Source: Myxococcota bacterium
Lineage (GTDB): Bacteria; Myxococcota_A; Polyangia; Polyangiales; Sandaracinaceae
Assembly (NCBI GenBank): GCA_036149055.1
Contig: JAYZQJ010000042.1
Span: 1 to 31,072 of the forward strand
Length of the DNA stretch: 31,072 nucleotides
Direction of reading: 5' to 3'
Shown here: positions 8,089 to 16,127 of the stretch, piece after piece
Layout of the letters: each line of letters begins with the position of its first letter
Position numbering within the stretch: position 1 is the stretch's first letter
Program-made: the position numbers and the translations under genes
The notes under the pieces: generated by a model
Told to the model about the DNA's origin: nothing
Seen by the model: only the letters and a program-made list of their open reading frames with translations
The model's database searches: none

Positions 8089-8767
8089 TCTGCTTCGGCG
8101 GGTTGCCGAAGGTGAGGTCCTTCAGGGCGGCGTTCCAGTGGGTCCGCTGCTCGAGGCTCTCCACGTAGGCGTGCACCTTCTGGTGCTTGGCCGCGGTATC
8201 GAAGATCTGCTCCGACGGCTCCATCAGCCGCAGGTAGCTGACCGCGGCGCCGACCAGGAGGTCGGCCAAGCCGTAGCGCCCCGCCTGGTTGTTGCCGTGG
8301 GGGTCGGGATCCTCGCGGTTGATGAACTTCCCGGCCGGCGGCACCTGCGTCTCGAGGTAGTCGAGGGCGCCCGCGGCGAGGTCCTTGGCGCGATCGAACT
8401 CGGTCGCGCTGCCGGTGGTGATGAGGCCGTGCAGGAGCAGCGTCTCCACCGGCGGCAGCAGCTCCCGCGCCGCCCACGACGACCACTGGAAGGTGAGCGG
8501 GATCATGCAGGGCACGGGCGGGATGAAGTCCACGCCGTTGTGCGCGTTGCGCCGCTCGTGCAGGTACGTGATGCACCCCATGCCTTCCCAGACCTCGAAC
8601 GTGTCGTTGTGGAATCCGTTCGTGTCCACCAGTCGCGCGGGCCCGGCGTTGGCGGGCTTGGGCGGCGTCACCGTGCTGATCGTCGGGCTCACGCCCGCGT
8701 CCGCGCAGGCGATCTTCGCGGCCATGGAAGCCGGCCAGTAGTCGTGGTGATGTAGCGTGATTGCCAT
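8075..8767 (-). CDS. Divergent glutathione S-transferase-like protein
   Basis: N-terminal thioredoxin-like pattern (ITLHH...AAKIACADAGV; VWEGMGCITYL resembling l.ES.aI..YL) and C-terminal helical pattern (ALDYLETQV...YGLADLLVGAAVSYL...KVHAYVESLEQR). Good SD GGAGG upstream. Confidence 0.65.
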   Translation of the reverse strand: MAITLHHHDYWPASMAAKIACADAGVSPTISTVTPPKPANAGPARLVDTNGFHNDTFEVWEGMGCITYLHERRNAHNGVDFIPPVPCMIPLTFQWSSWAARELLPPVETLLLHGLITTGSATEFDRAKDLAAGALDYLETQVPPAGKFINREDPDPHGNNQAGRYGLADLLVGAAVSYLRLMEPSEQIFDTAAKHQKVHAYVESLEQRTHWNAALKDLTFGNPPKQIKRP

Positions 8768-8843
8768 CCTCTTCCCTCCCCTCGGGAAAGGAAGCTACCG
8801 CAGCACGCAACGATGGATCCAGACGGGAACGCCTGGACAGTGA

Positions 8844-10646
8844 TCATCGAGGCCGGAAACCAAGCGCCCCGGCGAGGCAGAGCTCCCGCACCCAGGCGTC
8901 TCCGCTCGTCGGGAGATCGTCCTCTCGATCCTCGAGGGACGCGTCGATCGCGGCCGCGAGTTCGGCCGCCTCGATCGCGCCGTCGAGGGCCGTCCAGGCG
9001 GAGGCCACCGCGTCGGGGACGGGGACGACGCTCACGCCGTCGAAGAAGCCGCCGACCAGGATCGTCGTCGGCCGCGCCTCCATCGTCGCCTCCTCGCCCT
9101 CGGCGAACGCGGCGTGGGCGGAGAGCACGTCGTGGGTGAAGGTCATCGCCGAGAAGGCGTCGCTCTTCATCACCACGCCGTCGAGGGGGTCGGGCAGCGC
9201 CTCCGGATCCCAGCAGAGCCGCTCCACGCCGTCGTCGCGGCGCGCGCGCACGATCGCGGCCTCGAAGGCGGCCATCTCTCGGGTCGGCGTGGGGGCGCCC
9301 TGGAGCCAGGCGCAGGCGCGATCCTGCAGCGGCGCGCGATCGAGGAGCGCCTCGCTCCCGGCGAAGCGCGCGAGGGCGTCGTCGGCCTCGAGCGTCGACC
9401 ACGCGCAGGGCACCACCTGCCCCACTCCGTCGGCGAGCACGTCGAGGGCGCGGCCGGCCGCGGAGCCGTCGGCGAGCACCACCTCGGCGCGCTCGACGCC
9501 CAGCGCGTCCAGGATCCGCGCGCGCCACGCCTCGAGGTCGCAGGGCGCGCCCGCCATCACCTCGGCCGCGTCGGGGTAGGCGTCCTCGAGATCCTCCTCG
9601 GCGCCGTCGGCGAGGTGGCCGGCGCGGAGCAGTAGATCCCACAGGGTGCGGCGGTCGCGCCGCTCGGCGGCGATCGCGAGGTCGACCTCGAGCGCGCCGA
9701 AGAGCAGCCGGTCGAAGAGCGCCTCCACCCGGTCCCGGTAGGCGCGCACGTCGCCCGCCCGCGCGTCGTCCGGCGCGATCGAGAGCGCGGCCGCCACGCC
9801 CGGGTCCGAGAGGCGCGCGAAGTGCCCGACCACGTAGGCGGTGGCGTCGCTGGCGCTGTCGAGGAAGGGGTGCGGCGCCGGGACGCGGACGCCCCGGGCG
9901 AGCTCCTCGTCGACGGCGGACAGCTCGCGCTCGAAGTGCAGGACGCCCTCGCGCAGCTGCGTCACCGTGCGCCGCGCCCGCGCCACCAGCGCCGCCTCGT
10001 CCTCCATCCGCCAGCGCGCGTCCTCGAGGCGCGCCGCGGGGCGACGGCCGGCCGCCGCGCGATCGAAGGCGCCCTCGTCGAGGCGCATGACCTGCTCGGG
10101 CCCGTACCAGAGCACCACCGGGACCAGCTCGTTGAGCCGGGCCGAGAGGTAGAGCTCCCAGCGCGTGAGCCCCGGCCGCCAGAAGAAGCCGGCCGCCCGG
10201 TGCATCATCTCGTGCGGGCCCCACTTGCTGACGTGAGCGGGGTCGTAGATGGCGTGGGGCGCGTCGGCGGTGAAGCCCTGGTACTTGCCGGTCTTCAGCA
10301 CGCCGCGGTCCCACACGTCGTGCTCCGGGTCGGCGACCTCGGGGGCGAGGTGCTCGGTCCAGTCGACGCTGCGGCGCAGCTCGCGGTGACGTGACGTCGC
10401 GCCGACCGCGACCCCGTGGGCGACCGCGCGCACCGCGAACGGCGAGGCGACGACCTCGGCGAGCGGGAGCCCCGCCGCGCGGGCGAGGGGCGCCGCGTCG
10501 AGCTCGCGGAGGGCGCGGGCCAGGGCGACGCAGGCGTCGACCAGATCGGCGTCGGTGGCCTCGCGCACCGCGCGTCGGCGCGCCGCGGGATCGGCGCCGT
10601 CGAAGGAGAGTCCGGGCAGCTCGAGCGTGCTCACGGCGCGGAGCAT
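8844..10646 (-). CDS. Hypothetical protein with HEXXH motif and C-terminal region resembling HvfC/BufC (DUF2063-like) partner proteins
   Basis: Protein-like composition. WGPHEMMH at 10200-10214 with a downstream LNE (E at 10128-10130). The C-terminal pattern was judged by eye. Alternative start GTG 10634. Confidence 0.7.
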   Translation of the reverse strand: MLRAVSTLELPGLSFDGADPAARRRAVREATDADLVDACVALARALRELDAAPLARAAGLPLAEVVASPFAVRAVAHGVAVGATSRHRELRRSVDWTEHLAPEVADPEHDVWDRGVLKTGKYQGFTADAPHAIYDPAHVSKWGPHEMMHRAAGFFWRPGLTRWELYLSARLNELVPVVLWYGPEQVMRLDEGAFDRAAAGRRPAARLEDARWRMEDEAALVARARRTVTQLREGVLHFERELSAVDEELARGVRVPAPHPFLDSASDATAYVVGHFARLSDPGVAAALSIAPDDARAGDVRAYRDRVEALFDRLLFGALEVDLAIAAERRDRRTLWDLLLRAGHLADGAEEDLEDAYPDAAEVMAGAPCDLEAWRARILDALGVERAEVVLADGSAAGRALDVLADGVGQVVPCAWSTLEADDALARFAGSEALLDRAPLQDRACAWLQGAPTPTREMAAFEAAIVRARRDDGVERLCWDPEALPDPLDGVVMKSDAFSAMTFTHDVLSAHAAFAEGEEATMEARPTTILVGGFFDGVSVVPVPDAVASAWTALDGAIEAAELAAAIDASLEDREDDLPTSGDAWVRELCLAGALGFRPR

Positions 10647-10669
10647 GACCTGATACCGTCGGCCACGCG

Positions 10670-12505
10670 ATGGTGGGGCTCATCAAGTCGAGGCCGAAGG
10701 TCCGCGTGCGGGTCCCGAACGAGATCCGGCCGGGCGACACCTTCCTCGTGCAGGGCGAGCTGATCTGCCGGAAGCTGGTCGACGTCGAGTGGGTGCGGGT
10801 GACCCTCCTCGGCACCGAGCGCTGGAGCACCGGCAGCGGAGACAGCCGCGTCTCGCGCTCGCAGACCCTCGTGTCGCTCGGCGCCGAGGTGATGGGAGCC
10901 CGGATCCTGGAGGCCGGGACCTACCCGTTCGAGGTCCGGATCCCGCTGCCCGCCGACGCGCCCCCGACCTACCGCGGCGCGGCCGGGCGCATCGACTACG
11001 AGCTGCGGGTGACGGCGTCGGTCCCGTGGTGGCCCGACACCGACACCGCGTTCGACATCCGCGTCATCCCGCCGGCCCGGCCGTCGCTCGAGACCGAGAC
11101 GCAGATCTACTCGTCGAACCCCGCCGGCGCGCCGATGGGATCGCCCCACGCCGAGGTCAGCCTCGCCTCGCAGTGGACCCGGATCGGGCACGGGGTGGAG
11201 GGCGCCATCGCGCTCGCGAACGTCGACGCGGTGCAGTACTCGGAGATCAAGGTGGGGCTGCGCGGGGTCGAGACCCTCTGGGACGCCGGCGCGCCGCGCA
11301 CCACGCGGGAGGCCTTCCGCTACGTGATCCGGCTCGGCGCCGAGAGCGCGCGCGAGGGCGAGATGCTGCCCTTCCGCTTCCGCCTCCCGGACGACGCGCC
11401 GCCGGAGCTGCCGGAGGCCCGGCGCCCGGGCGGAGCGCCGCCGCTCGTCACCCTCGCCTGGGAGCTCGAGGCGGTGATCGGCGTGCGCTGGGGCTCCGAC
11501 CTCACCCTGCGCATGCCCTACCGCGTGCTGCCGCCGAGCGATCGTCCGGGCGACGCGCCCCAGCGCCTCGCGCCGCCGACGGTGGGCAGCGACCGGCTCC
11601 GTCTCTTCTGGAGCGCGATCGGCGAGCGCCACGGCCTGCGCTACGAGGCCCAGTCGCTCCGCGGGGTCGTCGGCGAGACCGCGCTCGTCGTGCGCCGCGA
11701 TCACCGGGGCCGGGACGGCGTGCACCTGATGGCCGAGCTGAGCTACCCGGAGCTCCACCTGGACCTCGAGGTCGAGCCGGCCACGTCGGTGCAGAAGATG
11801 GTGGGCGGCGGCAAGCGCATCGGGGATCCGAGCTGGGATCGAGGTCACTACGTGATCGCGCGCGACGAGGGGCAGGTCGCGCGGGTGCTGCGGCAGCTGC
11901 TGCCGGCGAGCGCCAACGCGCAGCTGCAGCGCATGGACGATCGCGCGCTGGTCGTGAGCGTGCGCGACGCCGGCGACTCCCCGGCCCGCCTCGAGCGCTT
12001 CGTGCTCGCCGCGGCCGAGCTGGCCCGGCAGATGGAGCGGGTGCGCGGCGCGATCCCGCCGCCGAGCGGGCTCGAGGACGCGGTCGACGCCTGGCGGAGG
12101 CTGGCCGGCCAGATCGGCGGTCAGCTCGAGACGGCGCGCATGCGGGTCACGGGCACGGTGGCCACGCTGCCGGTCGAGGCGCGGGTCAGCTTCGACCGGG
12201 AGGGCGCGCCGCAGACCACGTGGCTGAGCGTCGAGAGCCCGACCCCGCTCGACCCGGAGCACGCGCGGGTCTGGCACCCGGGCGAGGGCGAGGCGGCGGC
12301 GGGGCTCCACCCGGAGGCCGGCGCGCTCCTCGACGCGATCACCCGCGGCGCGCTCTCGCTCCAGATCACCGAGCGCCGCGTGATGATCGAGCTGCCCTCG
12401 CTCCTCGGGGTGGGCGAGCTGGACGATCGCGACGCGGGGCATCGGCTCTCGCGCATGGCGCAGCTCGTCCAGCTGCTGCGCGGCAAGGTCGGCCCCTACC
12501 GCTGA
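10670..12505 (+). CDS. Arrestin/SpoOM-like beta-sandwich protein with duplicated C-terminal domain
   Basis: VRVTLLGTE...LEAGTYPFEVRIPLPADAPPTYRGAAGRIDYELRV matches the arrestin-N pattern. A second copy reads IKVGLRGVE...LPFRFRLPDDAPP...LAWELEA. Confidence 0.75.
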   Translation: MVGLIKSRPKVRVRVPNEIRPGDTFLVQGELICRKLVDVEWVRVTLLGTERWSTGSGDSRVSRSQTLVSLGAEVMGARILEAGTYPFEVRIPLPADAPPTYRGAAGRIDYELRVTASVPWWPDTDTAFDIRVIPPARPSLETETQIYSSNPAGAPMGSPHAEVSLASQWTRIGHGVEGAIALANVDAVQYSEIKVGLRGVETLWDAGAPRTTREAFRYVIRLGAESAREGEMLPFRFRLPDDAPPELPEARRPGGAPPLVTLAWELEAVIGVRWGSDLTLRMPYRVLPPSDRPGDAPQRLAPPTVGSDRLRLFWSAIGERHGLRYEAQSLRGVVGETALVVRRDHRGRDGVHLMAELSYPELHLDLEVEPATSVQKMVGGGKRIGDPSWDRGHYVIARDEGQVARVLRQLLPASANAQLQRMDDRALVVSVRDAGDSPARLERFVLAAAELARQMERVRGAIPPPSGLEDAVDAWRRLAGQIGGQLETARMRVTGTVATLPVEARVSFDREGAPQTTWLSVESPTPLDPEHARVWHPGEGEAAAGLHPEAGALLDAITRGALSLQITERRVMIELPSLLGVGELDDRDAGHRLSRMAQLVQLLRGKVGPYR

Positions 12506-13227
12506 CCGCGCAGCCGCCGCACCAGCCAGTGCGCGAGCCCGAGGCCGGCGACGAAGAGCAGCACCACCGAGAAGTGCGCGAGCATCAGGTGCTCGGGGTC
12601 CTTCCGGGGGCAGTGCAGCTGGAGCACCAGGTTGCCGAGCAGCCCGGCCGCGCAGGCGGCGAGGAGCGAGGTCGCCTGGGCGCCGCGGTCGAGGAGCCGG
12701 AGCACGAAATAGACGGGCACGCCGAAGAGCAGCCCGAAGAAGAGGCAGCCGCTGACGTGATCGAAGACGCCGTGCGCCTCGCCCGGGTCGTGCGGGGAGA
12801 AGAGCGCGAGCGCGAAGGTCGACGCGAGGGTGAGCCCGACCACCGCCGCCCGGGCCGCGCCTCGCATCGGCGGTCGGTGGAGCGGCCGGAGCGCCATGTG
12901 CACGCTGAGGAGGAGCAGCGCGCCGAGCGAGCCGAGGGCCACCGCCATGTAGCTCGCCGGGTAGTCGTGGAAGTCGGCGCGCAGCATCAGCGCGGCGGTG
13001 AGCCCGACGACGCCGAGCGCGGCCCCGCTGGCGATCGCGCGGCGGACCCAGGTGGGCCGGGTGCGCAGCCAGAAGGTCGGCTTCTTCTCGGCCTGACCGA
13101 TCTCGCGCTCGACCGACTCCAGCAGGCCCTCGAGCTCGGGCTGCGGCTCCGCCTCGGCCTCGCGGGCCTCGGCGAGCCACTCCTCGAGCTCGGGGTCCGG
13201 CCCCGGGTCGTGCATCGGATCGCTCAT
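12496..13227 (-). CDS. Membrane anti-sigma factor, NrsF/DUF1109-like
   Basis: About 6 hydrophobic segments, a Cys in SGCLFFG and the LHCP...EHLMLAH motif. Directly downstream of the ECF sigma gene, with SD-like GGGAG before ATG 13227. Confidence 0.8.
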   Translation of the reverse strand: MSDPMHDPGPDPELEEWLAEAREAEAEPQPELEGLLESVEREIGQAEKKPTFWLRTRPTWVRRAIASGAALGVVGLTAALMLRADFHDYPASYMAVALGSLGALLLLSVHMALRPLHRPPMRGAARAAVVGLTLASTFALALFSPHDPGEAHGVFDHVSGCLFFGLLFGVPVYFVLRLLDRGAQATSLLAACAAGLLGNLVLQLHCPRKDPEHLMLAHFSVVLLFVAGLGLAHWLVRRLRGQR

Positions 13228-13243
13228 CGGGATCGCTCCCACG

Positions 13244-13269
13244 TACGACGTCGCGCGCTCGGAGTTTCC
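13244..13269 (-). promoter_or_regulatory. ECF sigma-type promoter GGAAAC-N16-CGTA upstream of the anti-sigma gene
   Basis: Minus strand GGAAAC (13269-13264), exactly 16 nt, then CGTA (13247-13244). This matches the generic ECF AAC/CGT architecture. Confidence 0.6.
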
Positions 13270-13273
13270 TGGA

Positions 13274-13819
13274 TCATCCCAGCTCCTCCCCGAGGAGGTC
13301 CTTCAGCTTCTTGTACGCCCGGTGGGCGCGCACCCGGACCGCGCCCTCGCTGGCCCCGACGATCTGGGCCACCTCGGCGAAGGGCCGCTCCTCGAACCAG
13401 TGGAGCTCGACCACCTCGCGCTGCGACGCCGGGAGCTTCTCCATCGCCGCGTGCAGCAGCTCCGCGCGCTGCCGCCGCTCGATCGGCCCGCGCTCGCTCG
13501 CCGGCTGCTCGAGGCGCTCGTCCTCGAGCTCGGTCTCCTTGCGGCGCTTCTTCTTGCGGAAGTGCTCGCGGACCAGGTTCATCGCGATGGTGAAGACCCA
13601 GGGCCGCAGCTTCCGGTCGACCTTGAAGTCGAGCCGGGCCGCGTGCATCTGGAAGAAGGTCTGCTGCACCACCTCGCGGGCGAGCTCCTCCGACTTCAGG
13701 TGCCGCACCGTCAGGCGCATCAGCATCGGCGCGTAGCGACCGAAGAGGATCCGGAACGCCTCGTGGTCTCCGTCCACGTACGCGCGCATCAGCTCTTCGT
13801 CGCTGCGCGCGTCGGTCAT
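13274..13819 (-). CDS. ECF RNA polymerase sigma factor (sigma-70 family)
   Basis: SDEELMRAYVDGDHEAFRILF, region 2 (EVVQQTFFQMH...RPWVFTIAMN) and region 4 (LPASQREVVELHWFEERPFAEVAQIVGASEGAVRVRAHRA). Confidence 0.95.
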   Translation of the reverse strand: MTDARSDEELMRAYVDGDHEAFRILFGRYAPMLMRLTVRHLKSEELAREVVQQTFFQMHAARLDFKVDRKLRPWVFTIAMNLVREHFRKKKRRKETELEDERLEQPASERGPIERRQRAELLHAAMEKLPASQREVVELHWFEERPFAEVAQIVGASEGAVRVRAHRAYKKLKDLLGEELG

Positions 13820-13820
13820 G

Positions 13821-14309
13821 TCAGTCCCGAAAATTCTGGAACTGGAGCGGGAGGGGCAGATCCTCGGCCTTGATCAGCGCGATCGCCTCCTGGAGCACGT
13901 CGCGCTTCTTGTGCGACACGCGCACCACGTCGCCCTGGATCGCGGCCTGGACCTTCAGGGCCTTCGCCTCCTTGAGGATCTTCACGATCTTCTTGGCGTG
14001 ATCCTGATCGACGCCCTCGCGCAGCTTCACGAGCAGGCGGTAGGTGTCGCCGCCGGCGGGCTGCGCGGGCCCGGGGTCCAGCGCCTTCTGCGAGACCCCG
14101 CGCTTGGCCAGCTTGCCGCGCAGCACCTCGAGGGCCGCGGTGCAGAGCGAGGCGCTCTTGGTCTTGATCAGGATCCCCTCCTCGCTCTTCTCGAGCGAGG
14201 TGTCGGTGCCCTTGAAGTCGTAGCGCTGCGAGATCTCGCGCCGCGCCTGATCGACCGCGTTGTCGACCTCGTGGTGGTCGAGCTTGGAGACGACGTCGAA
14301 GGAGGCCAT
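13821..14309 (-). CDS. yajQ: YajQ family nucleotide (c-di-GMP)-binding protein
   Basis: MASFDVVSK...EVDNAVDQARREISQRYDFKG...KVQAAIQGDVVRVS..KRDVLQEAI...LPLQFQNFRD; 162 aa. Confidence 0.96.
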   Translation of the reverse strand: MASFDVVSKLDHHEVDNAVDQARREISQRYDFKGTDTSLEKSEEGILIKTKSASLCTAALEVLRGKLAKRGVSQKALDPGPAQPAGGDTYRLLVKLREGVDQDHAKKIVKILKEAKALKVQAAIQGDVVRVSHKKRDVLQEAIALIKAEDLPLPLQFQNFRD

Positions 14310-14317
14310 GGCTGGCG

Positions 14318-14346
14318 ACGATAGATTTCGCCGCCGGGCAGGGCAA
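14318..14346 (-). promoter_or_regulatory. Putative sigma70-type promoter of yajQ (TTGCCC-N17-TATCGT), leaderless-type
   Basis: -35-like TTGCCC at 14346-14341, a 17-nt spacer, TATCGT at 14323-14318, and the ATG 8 nt later with no SD. Confidence 0.5.
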
Positions 14347-14350
14347 GGGG

Positions 14351-14608
14351 TCAGCTCGTGGGCTGATCCAGCCTCGAGAGCTTGGTGACTCCGTAGAGGA
14401 TGGCGCCGATGGCGGCGACGCACGCGACGCTGAGGACGAGGGAGCCGATCCAGCCCGGGTTCATGCCGCCAGGCGGTGACACGTGGAAGCCGCCGTACAT
14501 CATCACGCCGGTCCAGAGCGCGGCCAACGACGCGAACAGCACGGCGGCGGCGGACGCCCAGCCGATGAGCCGACGTAGCTTGGATTCTTTGCGAGAGAGC
14601 TCTGCCAT
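14351..14608 (-). CDS. Small membrane protein (2 TM)
   Basis: 85 aa with two hydrophobic stretches; fills the gap between yajQ and the M20 gene. Confidence 0.7.
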   Translation of the reverse strand: MAELSRKESKLRRLIGWASAAAVLFASLAALWTGVMMYGGFHVSPPGGMNPGWIGSLVLSVACVAAIGAILYGVTKLSRLDQPTS

Positions 14609-14665
14609 GCCGAAGACCTAGGAACGGCCTGACGATCGTCCAAACCACCGCTACCGTTCGCGGCC

Positions 14666-16123
14666 ATGGCCCGGCGCAGACGCGGCAGCTGGAAGAAGGT
14701 CCTCGCCGGGCTCGGCGCGGCGCTCGGCGTGCTCGCCGTGGTGCTGGTGGTGCGCGCGCTCGGCGGAGACGAGCCGCCGACCCGGCGCGAGCCGCTGACC
14801 CTGGAGATCGACACCGAGCGCGCCGCGGAGCGCCTCGCCGCCTATCTCCGCCAGGACACCAGCACGCCGCCCGGCATCTCGCGCGACCCGCGCCCCGCGC
14901 ACCTCGACATGCTGATCGCCGACTACGCCGAGCCGCTGGGGCTCGAGGCGGCGGTCTACGAGGGGCGCATCCTGCTCCTGCGCTGGCGGGCCGGCGCCCA
15001 GGAGGGCGGCCCGATCGTGCTCCTGAGCCACGCCGACGTGGTCCCGGTGGCCGAGGAGGAGCGCGAGCGCTGGACGCACCCGCCCTTCGGGGGCGTGGTG
15101 GAGGACGGCTACGTGTGGGGCCGCGGCGCGATCGACGACAAGGGCGCGACCATCGCGCAGCTCGAGGCGATCGCCGCGCTGCAGGCGGCCGGGCTCACGC
15201 CTCGCCGCGACGTCTTCCTGCTGATCTCTCCGGACGCGGAGATCGGCGGCGAGGAGGGCGCGGGCGCGGTGCTCGCCCGGCACGCGCACCGCCTCGAGGA
15301 GCCGTGGGCGGTGCTCGACCAGGGCACCTTCGTCGCCCCCGACTTCGTCACCGGGACCACCATCGTGCCGGTCGGGGTCGGCGAGAAGCGCTTCGTCACG
15401 ATCGAGCTGCGGGTCAACGGCGAGGCCGGCGACTCGAGCATGCCGGAGCCGAACGCCTCGCCGTCGGTGCTCACCACCGCGCTGGCCCGGCTGAACGAGC
15501 TGGAGCTGGACACCCGGCTGCTCCCGGCGACGGAGGCGTTCCTCGACCGGATCGCGGGGCGCGCGTCGTTCGGAGAGCGCATCGCGCTGCGCAACCGCTG
15601 GCTCTTCGGGGGCGCGGTCGAGTCGATGCTCGCCCAGCGGCCGGCGTCGAACGCGATGATCCGCGACACGATCGCGCTGACGATGCTGCGCGCGGGGATG
15701 AAGGACAGCGTGGTGCCGGCGCGCGCGGTGGCGACCCTGAACCTCCGCCTCCTGCCGGACAGCGATCTCGCCGCGGTGCTGCGCGACGTCGAGGAGACCA
15801 TCGACGACCCCCGGGTGCAGATCGAGGTGATCACCGACAGCGGCCCGGCGCCGGTCTCGTCGGTGGAGGGCGAGGCCTGGCGCCGGCTGCACGCCGCGCT
15901 CGCGACCGCCTTCGACGACGACGCCGTGGTGGCCCCGATGATCACCCCGGACACGCTCGACGCGCGCTTCTTCGCCCGCCGCGGCATCCCCACCTACCGC
16001 CTCGTCCCCTTCACCCTCGACGCGAACGAGCGCGGCCGGGTGCACGGCATCGACGAGCGGGTCAGCCTCGAGAACCTCGAGCAGGGCGCGCGCGTCTACG
16101 CCCACGTCATGCGCTACTGGTGA
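14666..16123 (+). CDS. M20/M25/M40 family metallohydrolase (carboxypeptidase S/PM20D1-like), membrane-anchored, with degenerate active site
   Basis: LSHADVVP, WTHPPFGG, WGRGAIDDKG, NLRLLP, VHGIDER and an N-terminal TM helix. The expected DEE, DEG and GHSS motifs read DAE, DQG and GDSS. Confidence 0.92.
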   Translation: MARRRRGSWKKVLAGLGAALGVLAVVLVVRALGGDEPPTRREPLTLEIDTERAAERLAAYLRQDTSTPPGISRDPRPAHLDMLIADYAEPLGLEAAVYEGRILLLRWRAGAQEGGPIVLLSHADVVPVAEEERERWTHPPFGGVVEDGYVWGRGAIDDKGATIAQLEAIAALQAAGLTPRRDVFLLISPDAEIGGEEGAGAVLARHAHRLEEPWAVLDQGTFVAPDFVTGTTIVPVGVGEKRFVTIELRVNGEAGDSSMPEPNASPSVLTTALARLNELELDTRLLPATEAFLDRIAGRASFGERIALRNRWLFGGAVESMLAQRPASNAMIRDTIALTMLRAGMKDSVVPARAVATLNLRLLPDSDLAAVLRDVEETIDDPRVQIEVITDSGPAPVSSVEGEAWRRLHAALATAFDDDAVVAPMITPDTLDARFFARRGIPTYRLVPFTLDANERGRVHGIDERVSLENLEQGARVYAHVMRYW

Positions 16124-16127
16124 GCGA

